Source: an uncultured Candidatus Saccharibacteria bacterium
Lineage (GTDB): Bacteria > Patescibacteriota > Minisyncoccia > Phycocordibacterales > CAYSCM01
Assembly (NCBI GenBank): GCA_964429815.1
Contig: CAYSCM010000001.1
Coordinates: 416,001-480,000 of the forward strand
Direction of reading: 5' to 3'
DNA length: 64,000 bases
Below, piece by piece: positions 1 through 8,256 of the stretch (position 1 is the stretch's first letter; every line of letters begins with the position of its first letter). A program made the translations under genes and the position numbers. The notes beneath the pieces are model-generated. The model ran no database searches, was not told the DNA's origin, and worked only from the letters and a program-made list of their open reading frames with translations.

Positions 1-529
1 GCTCAGCGAGACAGTCGAAGCAATCGTCGCGGATGAGCGCGCGCGCCGCCGCGGGGAGCTCGTTGATATTTTTGCGCAAGTAGACTTGGAGCTCGCGGGC
101 AAAGCGCGCTGCCGAATCGCGGTCGCCGACGCTGTTGAGACGGATAGATATGTTCTTGACCCCGAGTTCGTCGAGTATCGCAAGCGAGGCCTTCATAATG
201 AGCGCTTCCGCGACGCTCTTACCGTTCCCCACTATGTCGAGGGATAGGCGTGTGGTATCGCGCTCGGCGCGAAGCGTATAGAGAAGGAGCGGGTTGGGGC
301 TCTCCGTGCGAGGCAAATCCGAGAAATGGACGAGCGCAGCGAGAGCTTCCTGGGTAAGCGGGGCGAAACTGCGCGGCAAATCCTTGAGCGCGCGCACGCC
401 GAACTCGCGCGTTTTCTTTTCGACGTCGTGGACGACCGCCTCGAGGGGGGAAAATCCGAAGTGCCGCGCGGCGAGGAGCGCGCGCTTCACGGACGCTGCC
501 GAGGGAACTTCGAAAATGGTTTCTGGCAT
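1..529 (-). CDS. histidyl-tRNA synthetase-like protein, N-terminal part (runs off window; truncated/degenerate class II aaRS core)
   Basis: Minus-strand ORF starting at ATG 529 and open to position 1, with an in-frame stop just upstream at 536-538. Translation MPETIFEVPSAASVKRALLAARHFGF...LDIVGNGKSVAEALIMKASLAILDELGVKNISIRLNSVGDRDSAARFARELQVYLRKNINELPAAAR aligns with the HisRS region after motif 2 (E. coli CEVFGL..DAELIML..LGI..LELNSIGS..AR..YR..L..FL). Only about 100 aa precede that region, and motif 1/2 arginines are not recognisable. Confidence 0.4.
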   Translation of the reverse strand, partial: MPETIFEVPSAASVKRALLAARHFGFSPLEAVVHDVEKKTREFGVRALKDLPRSFAPLTQEALAALVHFSDLPRTESPNPLLLYTLRAERDTTRLSLDIVGNGKSVAEALIMKASLAILDELGVKNISIRLNSVGDRDSAARFARELQVYLRKNINELPAAARALIRDDCFDCLAE

Positions 530-535
530 CCCGAC

Positions 536-1120
536 TTAGAGTGATGGCGTCGGCGTGACTTTACCGGGAAGAAGTTCAATGGAGGAAAGAGGGAAGAGGC
601 GTACCAGTGCGCGACCCACGAGGTCGCGTGCGGGAAGCGTTCCCCAGTAGCGAGAATCGGAACTTGCCTTGCGGTTGTCACCGAGAACGTAGTACTCGTT
701 GGGACCGAGCGTGACGCTCAAGTGGTCATTGCTTTGACGCTCTGGCGCAATGAAAGACTGGTTGAAGGCGGCCCCTTCGGGGTGTTCCTTGTTCACGATG
801 ACGATAGAAGAACCGTTTATCTTCAGCGTATCTCCGGGGAGCCCGATGATGCGTTTTATGAAAAATTTACTCCTGTCTTTTGGGTAGCGGAAAATAACCA
901 CGTCGCCATACGCCGGCTGCCCCAGCCGGTAGGAGAGCTCGTCGACGATGAGGTAGTCGGCATTCTCGAAGGTCGGCTCCATAGAAGCGCCGGAGACGAT
1001 AAAGGGCTGCGCGATGAAAGTGCGGATAGGAGCCACGATAATGAACGCGAGCACCGCGAATTTGATGAGCTCCCAGAGAAAGTTTCCTTGCTGCTTCGGG
1101 ATCTCAACGAAAGGTTCCAT
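536..1120 (-). CDS. lepB: signal peptidase I
   Basis: 194 aa with an N-terminal TM segment. Contains the S26 catalytic regions IVSGASMEPTF and YYVLGDNRKASSDSRYWG. Stop is 4 nt before the downstream hisS-like start. Confidence 0.85.
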   Translation of the reverse strand: MEPFVEIPKQQGNFLWELIKFAVLAFIIVAPIRTFIAQPFIVSGASMEPTFENADYLIVDELSYRLGQPAYGDVVIFRYPKDRSKFFIKRIIGLPGDTLKINGSSIVIVNKEHPEGAAFNQSFIAPERQSNDHLSVTLGPNEYYVLGDNRKASSDSRYWGTLPARDLVGRALVRLFPLSSIELLPGKVTPTPSL

Positions 1121-1217
1121 ACGACTTGGGCACCATTATAGGCGCGTGGCTTCGTTGACGCAATAGATTTTCTCGTGTCGTAGCGCGTCCGTGGCGATTT
1201 TTGGTACAATCGCACGC

Positions 1218-1808
1218 ATGCAGCCGATACTGGTGGGACTTGGAAATCCCGGGGAAGAGTACGAATCGACCCGTCACAACTCAGGGCGCGACTTTTGCGC
1301 GTACGTTTTGCGCAAGATGGGCGCGGGTGAGCCCGAGGCTCATAAAAAGAGCAACGCGCTCTTAGGTGAGACCAAGATCGGGAAGAAGAAGGTGCTCGTC
1401 GCCATGCCTCAAACGTACATGAACAGCTCTGGGAAGGCCGTGAAAGCGTTGGTGAAGAGTAAAAAGGCGGCCCAAAACCTCACCGTTGCCTACGATGACC
1501 TCGATTTACCGCTCGGCGCCATAAAAATATCCTATGGGCGCTCCTCGGGAGGGCATAACGGGGTGGATTCTATAATAAAGAGTCTCGGCACGAGGGAGTT
1601 TGTGCGCATCCGCATCGGCGTGTCGCCGGGAACTCCCTCCGGCAAAACAAAAAAGCCCTCCGGTGAGAAGGCCATACTCGACTTTTTAATGGGGAAGCGC
1701 CGCCCAATGGAAGAAGAAGTTCTTAAAAAAGTTTTCAAAAAGGCTCTCGAAGCTTTCGAGACAGTCGTTAACGAGGGCCGCGATGTCGCGATGAGCAGGT
1801 TCAATTAA
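1218..1808 (+). CDS. pth: peptidyl-tRNA hydrolase
   Basis: MQPILVGLGNPGEEYESTRHNSGRDF is the classic Pth N-terminus. The track ORF begins at 1191; the internal ATG at 1218 matches the family start. Confidence 0.85.
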   Translation: MQPILVGLGNPGEEYESTRHNSGRDFCAYVLRKMGAGEPEAHKKSNALLGETKIGKKKVLVAMPQTYMNSSGKAVKALVKSKKAAQNLTVAYDDLDLPLGAIKISYGRSSGGHNGVDSIIKSLGTREFVRIRIGVSPGTPSGKTKKPSGEKAILDFLMGKRRPMEEEVLKKVFKKALEAFETVVNEGRDVAMSRFN

Positions 1809-1816
1809 GAATGAGA

Positions 1817-1848
1817 AAACCCGATTCGCGCTTGCGCGAATCGGGTTT
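1817..1848. terminator. bidirectional intrinsic terminator between convergent pth and rpsA
   Basis: Perfect 14-bp stem aaacccgattcgcg/cgcgaatcgggttt with loop cttg. A-tract upstream and T-tract downstream. Confidence 0.6.
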
Positions 1849-1860
1849 CAGCAGACCAGC

Positions 1861-3000
1861 TTACTTCTTTCCAGCAAACGAGAGCGTCATACGATGCTCT
1901 TTCGGCTCGAATACGTTGATGGTGAAGGGGTAGGATTTGCCAAGCTCGAGCGCGGAACGCAATTCTGCCTCACTTTTGAACTCGGAGATGTGCACCAAGC
2001 CTGCAACACCCTCTTCAATAGAGGCGAGCGCGCCGTGCTTGTTGTACTTGATGATCACAGCGTTCACGGTTTGGCCCTTGGCATACTTCCCAGCTGCCTC
2101 AACCCACGGATTCTGCTTGAGCGCCTTGATGGAGAGAGAAATCTTTCCGTCCTTTATTTCGATGACTTTCACCTTCATCTTATCGCCGACACGGAAGAGC
2201 GCCTTCGGGTCTTCCACAAGACCCCAGTCAATTTCCGAAATATGCACGAGCCCCTCGAGGCCCTCTTCGAGCTTCACGAAGATGCCGAAGTCGACGGCGC
2301 CGGTCACCGTGCCCGTTACCTCATCGCCCACGCTGTAGCGGTCGATGAGCTTCGCTTTCTCTTTTTCGGCTTCACCTTTCTCGGAAAAGATAAGTTTTCC
2401 CTCCCGCGGGTCTGCGGTGATGATCATGACCGAGAGTTTCTCTCCGACGAGCTTTCGGAGTTCATCAAGAATCTTATCTTTGTCGGCATCCGGCACCCGT
2501 GGGTAGTGCTCGGCCTTGAGCTGGGAGGCGGGCAGGAACCCCGGGATGCCCTGCCACTCGAGAATGAGCCCGCCCTTGTTTGCCTCTTTGACCGGAAGCT
2601 CGAAGACTTTCTTTTCCTTGATGGCGCTGTCGGCCTCGCCCCAGATGACCGCTTGACGTGCCTCTTTGAGTGAGAGCTCGATATAGCCGTCTTTGTTTTC
2701 CGTCTCGACAACTTTCGCAGCGATCATGTCACCGGGGTTTACCTTGCGCAAAATCTCGCGCGCGTTCATGTACTCGCGTCCGTAAATGACGCCTGTGCCA
2801 AAAGGCGCGAGGTCTATGTAAATGCGAGCGCGGTCGATCGCGATGACGGGACCCTCGACGAGCTCGCCCACTTTCGGCGGCTCGTTGGTTTCGGCCAAGA
2901 GACGGCCCATGAGGCTCTCGTCTTTCTGTTTTTGCTCGGCCTGTGCGAGGAGTTCCTCCTCGGAAAGCTCGACCGGCGCTTTGGTTGCTGCTTCTGCCAT
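1861..3000 (-). CDS. rpsA: 30S ribosomal protein S1 (short 4-domain form)
   Basis: 379 aa with repeated S1 domains (GDKMKVKVIEI, VGDEVTGTVTGAVDFGIFVKLEEGLEGLVHISEI, GELVEGPVIAIDRARIYIDL). Confidence 0.85.
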   Translation of the reverse strand: MAEAATKAPVELSEEELLAQAEQKQKDESLMGRLLAETNEPPKVGELVEGPVIAIDRARIYIDLAPFGTGVIYGREYMNAREILRKVNPGDMIAAKVVETENKDGYIELSLKEARQAVIWGEADSAIKEKKVFELPVKEANKGGLILEWQGIPGFLPASQLKAEHYPRVPDADKDKILDELRKLVGEKLSVMIITADPREGKLIFSEKGEAEKEKAKLIDRYSVGDEVTGTVTGAVDFGIFVKLEEGLEGLVHISEIDWGLVEDPKALFRVGDKMKVKVIEIKDGKISLSIKALKQNPWVEAAGKYAKGQTVNAVIIKYNKHGALASIEEGVAGLVHISEFKSEAELRSALELGKSYPFTINVFEPKEHRMTLSFAGKK

Positions 3001-3219
3001 GTTTCTTAAAAATTAAAGGCCGCAGAGATTTCTCTCATGCGAGCCGTCCGCACAGTTTCTCCAGAATTCTCCCGTGACCGTCTCCGAAGGGGTTACTGCA
3101 CGCGCTCTAATAAGATATGTGACTTGTTTGCCCGGCATCGAAGATGCTTAGGGTTATCCGACGCCCGAAGGGCGTTTAGGATCCCGGCGCCCGGGCTCCC
3201 AGGACTATACACCAACGGG

Positions 3220-3276
3220 GGAAATAGAAAAGGCCCGTCCTTCCGTTTGCGCTGTAACGCAAACTTAGGACGGGCC
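3220..3276 (-). terminator. intrinsic terminator-like nested hairpin upstream of rpsA and downstream of small ORF
   Basis: Outer 9-bp stem ggcccgtcc/ggacgggcc (3232-3240 / 3268-3276) encloses an inner hairpin gtttgcg-ctgtaa-cgcaaac. On the minus strand it is followed by UUUUCUAUUUCC. Confidence 0.45.
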
Positions 3277-3298
3277 CGCCCACCGCCATGGGACTCGG

Positions 3299-3433
3299 TC
3301 AAATCTCGGTACCGCCGTCACCGTTGGTGTGGCCGCCGATGAGCATGGAGCCGCCGTCGATATAGCCGAGGTCTTTCTCGATGCCGCCCCAGCCCTCGCT
3401 GATATCGTCGCCGATCGGTCTGAAGAACAACAT
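3299..3433 (-). CDS. hypothetical small Gly-rich protein (44 aa), possible leader peptide
   Basis: ATG at 3433 is preceded by a consensus SD (minus-strand AAAGGAGGAAGUC-AUG). Peptide MLFFRPIGDDISEGWGGIEKDLGYIDGGSMLIGGHTNGDGGTEI. Flanked by terminator-like hairpins on both sides. No family recognised. Confidence 0.35.
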   Translation of the reverse strand: MLFFRPIGDDISEGWGGIEKDLGYIDGGSMLIGGHTNGDGGTEI

Positions 3434-3464
3434 GACTTCCTCCTTTCGTTTACGTAAGCGTAGC

Positions 3465-3500
3465 AATAAGGAGAAAAGCCCGCCACAGGGGGTGGCGGGC
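3465..3500 (-). terminator. terminator/attenuator-like hairpin immediately upstream of the small ORF SD
   Basis: Stem gcccgcca/tggcgggc (3478-3485 / 3493-3500). The minus strand is followed by UUUUCUCCUUAUU, which ends about 18 nt before the SD of the 3433 ORF. Confidence 0.4.
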
Positions 3501-3565
3501 TTCCACTGATCAACGGGTACGTTTGTGACCGAATCGAGCCTCCCTGGTAGTTTGCTGCTGTGGGT

Positions 3566-3616
3566 ATACAAAAGAAAGCCGCCCCGTCGCGCATTTGATT
3601 GCAGCTGACGGGGCGG
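3566..3616 (-). terminator. terminator-like hairpin (third in series) in rpsA upstream region
   Basis: 10-bp stem ccgccccgtc/gacggggcgg with an 18-nt loop. The minus strand is followed by CUUUCUUUUGUAU. Confidence 0.35.
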
Positions 3617-3991
3617 GGGCTCGACGGCACATCCTCGGAGGATATGCGAGAGCGCGTTCATTTTTTCCCGCGCGTACGCGGAGTAAGACTCAGTAACTAT
3701 GTCAATCTCGGGCGAGGCATGTTTCATCCCCGCTTGCTAGCGTCGATTTGCGGACCGATTAAGACCCGTGCCGGGGCCTACTTCCGGCTGCGCCTACGTA
3801 GGCTTCATATCCCCTCTTTGGCGCCACGAGCGCGGTCGGGTGGCGGGCCTGCCCCCCAGACTTCTACCCGAATGGTAGCATATAGTTACTACATTGTCAA
3901 TGTACCCCTATGGAATCTATACGTCACCTAATTTGTCCACATTTTAAGCCATTTTTCAGATATTTTAAGCCGTGCATTCACCGGTTGTTTA

Positions 3992-4000
3992 TGCTAGAAT
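3992..4000 (+). promoter_or_regulatory. extended -10 element TGCTAGAAT
   Basis: tgcTAGAAT lies 44 nt upstream of ATG 4044. The same (T/A)GCTAGAAT / ACTAGAAT -10 recurs at 29733-29738, 49651-49656 and 51615-51620. Confidence 0.4.
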
Positions 4001-4043
4001 GGCCCTACAAGCGGCATACGCTTTTTTCGTTAAACTACCCCTC

Positions 4044-4676
4044 ATGGTCATCAGCTACCACGGCGCAGAATTCATAAAAGCCTCCTTCGGCAACACGACG
4101 CTCGCCTTTAACCCTGTCTCGAAAGATTCTAAGCTCGCTAAAACCCGCTTCGGCGCCGATCTGGCGCTTGTTTCCCTCGACGATCCGGACATGAACGGCA
4201 TCGACCAGGTGACCCACGGGACGACGGTGCCCTTTCTCATCGACGGAGCAGGGGAATATGAAGTGAAGGGCGTTACGGTACGGGGCTATCCAAGCGTCTC
4301 CAAATACATGGGCGATGAGCGCCCCAACACCATTTACTTTGTCGAGCTCGAGGGGATGAACCTTTGCTTTCTTGGCGCGCTTGGCGATAAAAAACTCCCT
4401 GTCGAGGCGAAAGAGGGCAGTGCCTCCGTCGATATTCTCTTCGTCCCTATTGGGGGAGAGGGCGTGCTCACCCCGGCGGAAGCTGCGGAAGTAGCCGCCC
4501 AGATAGAACCCTCTCTCGTCATCCCCATCCACTTCGGCGACATCGGAAAAAGAGATGTCCTCAAAGCGTTCCTTAAAGAAGAGGGGGAAGAAGGACTCAA
4601 GCCGATCGATAAGCTCACCCTTAAAAAGAAAGACCTTGAAGGCAAGGAAGGAGAGGTCGTCGTACTTCAGGCATAA
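4044..4676 (+). CDS. metal-dependent hydrolase, MBL fold (UPF0173-like)
   Basis: MVISYHGAEFIKASFGNTTLAFNP...DILFVPIGGEGVLTPAEA...VIPIHFGD matches the UPF0173/MBL hydrolase family. Track ORF starts at 3972; the start is moved to ATG 4044, downstream of the putative -10 and matching the family N-terminus. Confidence 0.65.
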   Translation: MVISYHGAEFIKASFGNTTLAFNPVSKDSKLAKTRFGADLALVSLDDPDMNGIDQVTHGTTVPFLIDGAGEYEVKGVTVRGYPSVSKYMGDERPNTIYFVELEGMNLCFLGALGDKKLPVEAKEGSASVDILFVPIGGEGVLTPAEAAEVAAQIEPSLVIPIHFGDIGKRDVLKAFLKEEGEEGLKPIDKLTLKKKDLEGKEGEVVVLQA

Positions 4677-4678
4677 CC

Positions 4679-5083
4679 ATGTTCGAGCTTATCGCGAGAC
4701 TGCAAAAGAAATCCGAGCACGAGCGTCAGGCGATCGCTTTTTGGGTCGCCGCAAGCGTGACCGGCGTCATCGCGCTTGGCTGGTTTGTCTCCGTCATGAC
4801 GCTCCGGAGTGCACCGGCGGCGAATACCGCAGCCTCGGATTCATCGCTTCCCGGTACCGGGCAACTTCAAAATATCGGGACATCCGCCGTGAATTTCTAC
4901 GAACAATTCAAACAAAATCTTGACCAGGTCCGCTCGGGCCTCTCGGGCCAGACTCAAACTGAAGGTAGCGTACAGCCGGCACCCCCAGGGGGGAGTGTCA
5001 CTGATACGACCTCATCAAATAACGAGCCCCCGCCCGCGCGAGCGCCCTCTCAGCCTATATGGGAGGGGAATGGAGGGCAATAA
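4679..5083 (+). CDS. hypothetical membrane-anchored protein (one TM, low-complexity C-terminus)
   Basis: 134 aa. ATG overlaps the upstream stop (TAACCATG). TM segment [22 protein letters not shown]-terminus is S/T/P rich. Confidence 0.5.
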   Translation: MFELIARLQKKSEHERQAIAFWVAASVTGVIALGWFVSVMTLRSAPAANTAASDSSLPGTGQLQNIGTSAVNFYEQFKQNLDQVRSGLSGQTQTEGSVQPAPPGGSVTDTTSSNNEPPPARAPSQPIWEGNGGQ

Positions 5084-5085
5084 CC

Positions 5086-7554
5086 ATGGCTGACGATAAA
5101 AAAACGAACTACGAGCACCAAAGCATCCTTCCGCGCAGCATCAGCGCGGAGATGAAAGAAGCGTACCTCGACTACGCGATGAGCGTTATTACGAGTCGCG
5201 CACTCCCTGATGCACGTGACGGCTTAAAGCCGGTGCACCGCCGCATTCTCTACACGATGCATCGACTCGGACTCGCCTCGACCGCGAAGGCACGCAAATC
5301 AGCGACCGTCGTCGGCGATGTGCTCGGTAAGTTCCATCCGCATGGCGATGTGGCAGTCTACGATGCGATGGTGAAGATGGCCCAAGATTTCGTCATGCGC
5401 TACCCGCTCATCGTGGGGCAGGGCAACTTCGGTTCGATAGACGGCGACTCCGCCGCAGCCATGCGCTACACCGAGGCAAAAATGTCGCGCATCGCCGTCG
5501 AGCTCCTGCGCGACCTCGACAAAGAAACGGTCGAGTGGCGTCCCAACTACGATGGCACGCTCAAAGAGCCCGTCGTGCTGCCCTCTGCGGTTCCGAACCT
5601 TCTCTTAAACGGCACTCTCGGCATCGCGGTCGGCATGGCAACGAACGTTCCCCCGCACAACCTCGGTGAGGTGATCGATGCGACCATCCACCTCATTGAA
5701 AACGACGAAGCGGGAAATGAAGATCTTCTCCAGTTCGTCAAAGGCCCCGATTTTCCAACCGGCGGCATCGCGTACAACCAAAAAGATATTTCGCACGCCT
5801 ATGCGAGCGGGAAGGGGGGCGTGGTTGTTCGCGGCGAGACGGAAATTTCTGAAGATAAGAAAGGGCAGTTCCGCATCGTCATTTCCTCCATCCCGTACCG
5901 CGTTAATAAAAGTGATCTCATTGTAAAGGTTGCCGATCTGGTGCGCGAGAAGAAGCTCGAAGGCATCCGCGACATCCGCGACGAATCGACCAAGGACATC
6001 CACATCGTCGTTGAACTGAAGCAGGGTGCTCAGCCGCAGAAGGTACTCAACTATCTCTTCAAGCACACGCCGCTTGAGGAAACCTTCCACTACAACATGC
6101 TCGCACTTGTCGACGGCGTACCGCAGACGCTCTCGCTCAAGGGCATTCTCGAGGAATTTATCAAGCATCGTCGCGAGGTGGTAAAGCGCCGCACGGAGTT
6201 TGACCTCAAGGTCGCCGAGGATCGCGAACATATTTTGCTCGGTCTTTCCAAGGCGCTTGATCATATCGATGCCATCATAAAGATCATAAAGGCGGCTAAA
6301 GACGTGCCGACCGCTAAGGTGGATTTGATGAAGAAGTTTAAGTTTTCTGATCGCCAGGCGGATGCGATCTTGGAAATGCGACTTTCAAGGCTTGCGGGGC
6401 TTGAGCGCAAAAAGATCGAGGATGAACTCACCGAGGTACAAGCGCTCATCAAAAAGCTCAAAGATATTCTCTCGAGCCCGAAGAAAATCCTTGCCGTCGT
6501 CAAAGAGGAGCTCGTCGCGATTCGAGAAAAGTACGCGGACGACCGAAGGACGAAAGTCGTGAAGGGCGGCGTGAAAGAGATATCCGATGAGGATCTCATT
6601 CCGGATGAGGAGAGTGTGCTCGTTCTCACCGCTGGCGGCTACGTGAAGCGCACCAACCCTTCTGAGTACCGCAAACAGAAGCGCGGCGGTGTCGGCGTCG
6701 TCGACCTCGATACGAAAGAAGAAGATTTTGTCACGACCTTCCTCACCACCTCGACCCATGCGGACCTTCTCTTCTTCACCGACCGCGGCAAAGCCTACCA
6801 AATAAAAATGTACGACATTGCGGAGGGGCGCCGCGCGACGAAGGGGAAGTCCATCATGAACTACCTGCCGCTCAGCGACGGTGAAAAGGTCTCGTCCATC
6901 CTCGCGATGCCAAAATCAGCAAAGAAAGCCGAGGGACTCGCACTTCTCATGGTCACCAAAAACGGTGTCGCGAAAAAGGTGAAGGCCCAGAGCTTCTACG
7001 ACGTGCGCCGCTCAGGCCTCATCGCCATTACCCTTAAAGAAAAGGGTGATGAACTCATTTCCGCAAACTTTGTCGAGAAGGGGGACCATGTGATCGTCGC
7101 CACCAGCAAGGGCCAATCCATCCGCTTTAAGGAAAGCGATATTCGCGAAATGGGGCGCACCGCCGCAGGAGTGCGCGCTATGAAACTTGGGAAGAAGGGA
7201 GACGCGGTTGTCGCTGCAGAAATCATCAAAAAAGGTGACAACACCGCGGAGCTCCTCGTGCTTAGTAAAAAAGGCTACGGTAAAAAAACCAAAGCGAGCG
7301 AATACAAAGTACAGCACCGTGGCGGCTCGGGCATTAAGACTTCGAAAGTCACGGACAAAACAGGAGAAATTATTGCCTCGCGCATCGTGACCCCGGAAGA
7401 TGTCGCGGAGGGTGAGCTTGTCGTCATTTCTAAGAAGAGCCAGGTTATCCGCACCGACCTCAAGGCCGTGCCGACACTCTCTCGCGCAACGCAGGGGGTG
7501 CGTATTATGAAGCTTCGCGAGGGAGACGCGATCGCAAGCTTCGTCTGTCTGTAG
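5086..7554 (+). CDS. gyrA: DNA gyrase subunit A
   Basis: [30 protein letters not shown] and the full GyrA length. Start taken at ATG 5086 (MADDKK) right after the upstream stop, again a TAACCATG junction. No gyrB in the window. Confidence 0.92.
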   Translation: MADDKKTNYEHQSILPRSISAEMKEAYLDYAMSVITSRALPDARDGLKPVHRRILYTMHRLGLASTAKARKSATVVGDVLGKFHPHGDVAVYDAMVKMAQDFVMRYPLIVGQGNFGSIDGDSAAAMRYTEAKMSRIAVELLRDLDKETVEWRPNYDGTLKEPVVLPSAVPNLLLNGTLGIAVGMATNVPPHNLGEVIDATIHLIENDEAGNEDLLQFVKGPDFPTGGIAYNQKDISHAYASGKGGVVVRGETEISEDKKGQFRIVISSIPYRVNKSDLIVKVADLVREKKLEGIRDIRDESTKDIHIVVELKQGAQPQKVLNYLFKHTPLEETFHYNMLALVDGVPQTLSLKGILEEFIKHRREVVKRRTEFDLKVAEDREHILLGLSKALDHIDAIIKIIKAAKDVPTAKVDLMKKFKFSDRQADAILEMRLSRLAGLERKKIEDELTEVQALIKKLKDILSSPKKILAVVKEELVAIREKYADDRRTKVVKGGVKEISDEDLIPDEESVLVLTAGGYVKRTNPSEYRKQKRGGVGVVDLDTKEEDFVTTFLTTSTHADLLFFTDRGKAYQIKMYDIAEGRRATKGKSIMNYLPLSDGEKVSSILAMPKSAKKAEGLALLMVTKNGVAKKVKAQSFYDVRRSGLIAITLKEKGDELISANFVEKGDHVIVATSKGQSIRFKESDIREMGRTAAGVRAMKLGKKGDAVVAAEIIKKGDNTAELLVLSKKGYGKKTKASEYKVQHRGGSGIKTSKVTDKTGEIIASRIVTPEDVAEGELVVISKKSQVIRTDLKAVPTLSRATQGVRIMKLREGDAIASFVCL

Positions 7555-7588
7555 TGGATTAAGAAAGAACACTCCCTCCTACTCGCGC

Positions 7589-7594
7589 TATACT
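7589..7594 (+). promoter_or_regulatory. -10 hexamer TATACT 8 nt before ATG (leaderless start)
   Basis: tatact at 7589-7594, then aattctgt, then ATG at 7603. Confidence 0.35.
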
Positions 7595-7602
7595 AATTCT
7601 GT

Positions 7603-8130
7603 ATGGCCTTTTTAGAACCGAAGAAGGCGGTGAAGTTCTTTGGTGTTAACGAAGGCATGAAGGTTGCCGATTTTGGTGCGGGTATCGGCGCATTTGCGCT
7701 CGCGGCCGCCGAAGCGGTCGGGGGAAGCGGCATTGTCTTCGCCATCGACCTCCAGAAAGAACTCCTCGCAGGGCTCAAGAAAGAGGCTCGACGCAGAAAA
7801 CTCAACCTCGAAGTGCTCTGGGGCGACCTTGAGAAAGAAGGCGGAAGTCATATCAAAGATGATCTTCTCGACCTCGTCATTGCGACCAATATTCTTTTCC
7901 AGCTCTCCGAGCGACCGGCGTTTTTGCGCGAGGGGAAGCGTATTCTCCACCCCAAGGGCCGTCTCATTCTCATCGACTGGAGCGATTCTTTCGGAGGACT
8001 GGGGCCGCGGCCGGAGGATGTTGTCACCGATACCCACGCCCGCAAGCTCGCCGAGGAAGCGGGCTTCGTTTACGATAAAGATATTCCTGCGGGGGACCAC
8101 CACTGGGGAGCTATTTTTAGAAAACCATGA
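7603..8130 (+). CDS. class I SAM-dependent methyltransferase
   Basis: Motif I VADFGAGIGAFALAAA, then IDLQKELL and a post-motif II region. 175 aa. Confidence 0.7.
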   Translation: MAFLEPKKAVKFFGVNEGMKVADFGAGIGAFALAAAEAVGGSGIVFAIDLQKELLAGLKKEARRRKLNLEVLWGDLEKEGGSHIKDDLLDLVIATNILFQLSERPAFLREGKRILHPKGRLILIDWSDSFGGLGPRPEDVVTDTHARKLAEEAGFVYDKDIPAGDHHWGAIFRKP

Positions 8131-8256
8131 ATCCCGTAGTAGAATTTTTGCTTGCGCGAAGCGCGATACGAAACCTCAAACCATGAGCGGCACGATCATC
8201 AGCTTCTCGTTACGAAATGCTATTTTTAGTTTATCTAGCCGAAATCTCACCACAGG

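Noticed and set aside
294-544. Two plus-strand ORFs (81 and 72 aa)
   Set aside because: Antisense to the hisS-like ORF, which has recognisable family similarity. Arg-rich composition.
1894-2673. 259-aa plus-strand ORF
   Set aside because: Antisense to rpsA, which has clear S1-domain homology. No independent signals.
3001-3971. RNase P RNA, tmRNA or SRP RNA in the long intergenic region
   Set aside because: Searched for GGAAAGTCCGGGCTCC / ACAGAAxCCGGCTTA (RNase P), for a tRNA-like T-arm with GGTTCGATTCC plus an ANDENYALAA-type tag frame (tmRNA), and for the SRP domain IV GGAAGGAAGCAGC string. None were present on either strand. The cccgggctcc at 3190-3199 lacks the flanking P4 context.
3972-4043. 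Upstream start of the MBL hydrolase ORF at 3972
   Set aside because: The extension would contain the putative TGCTAGAAT -10 element and adds a non-conserved N-terminus. The family-typical start (MVISYHG) is at 4044.
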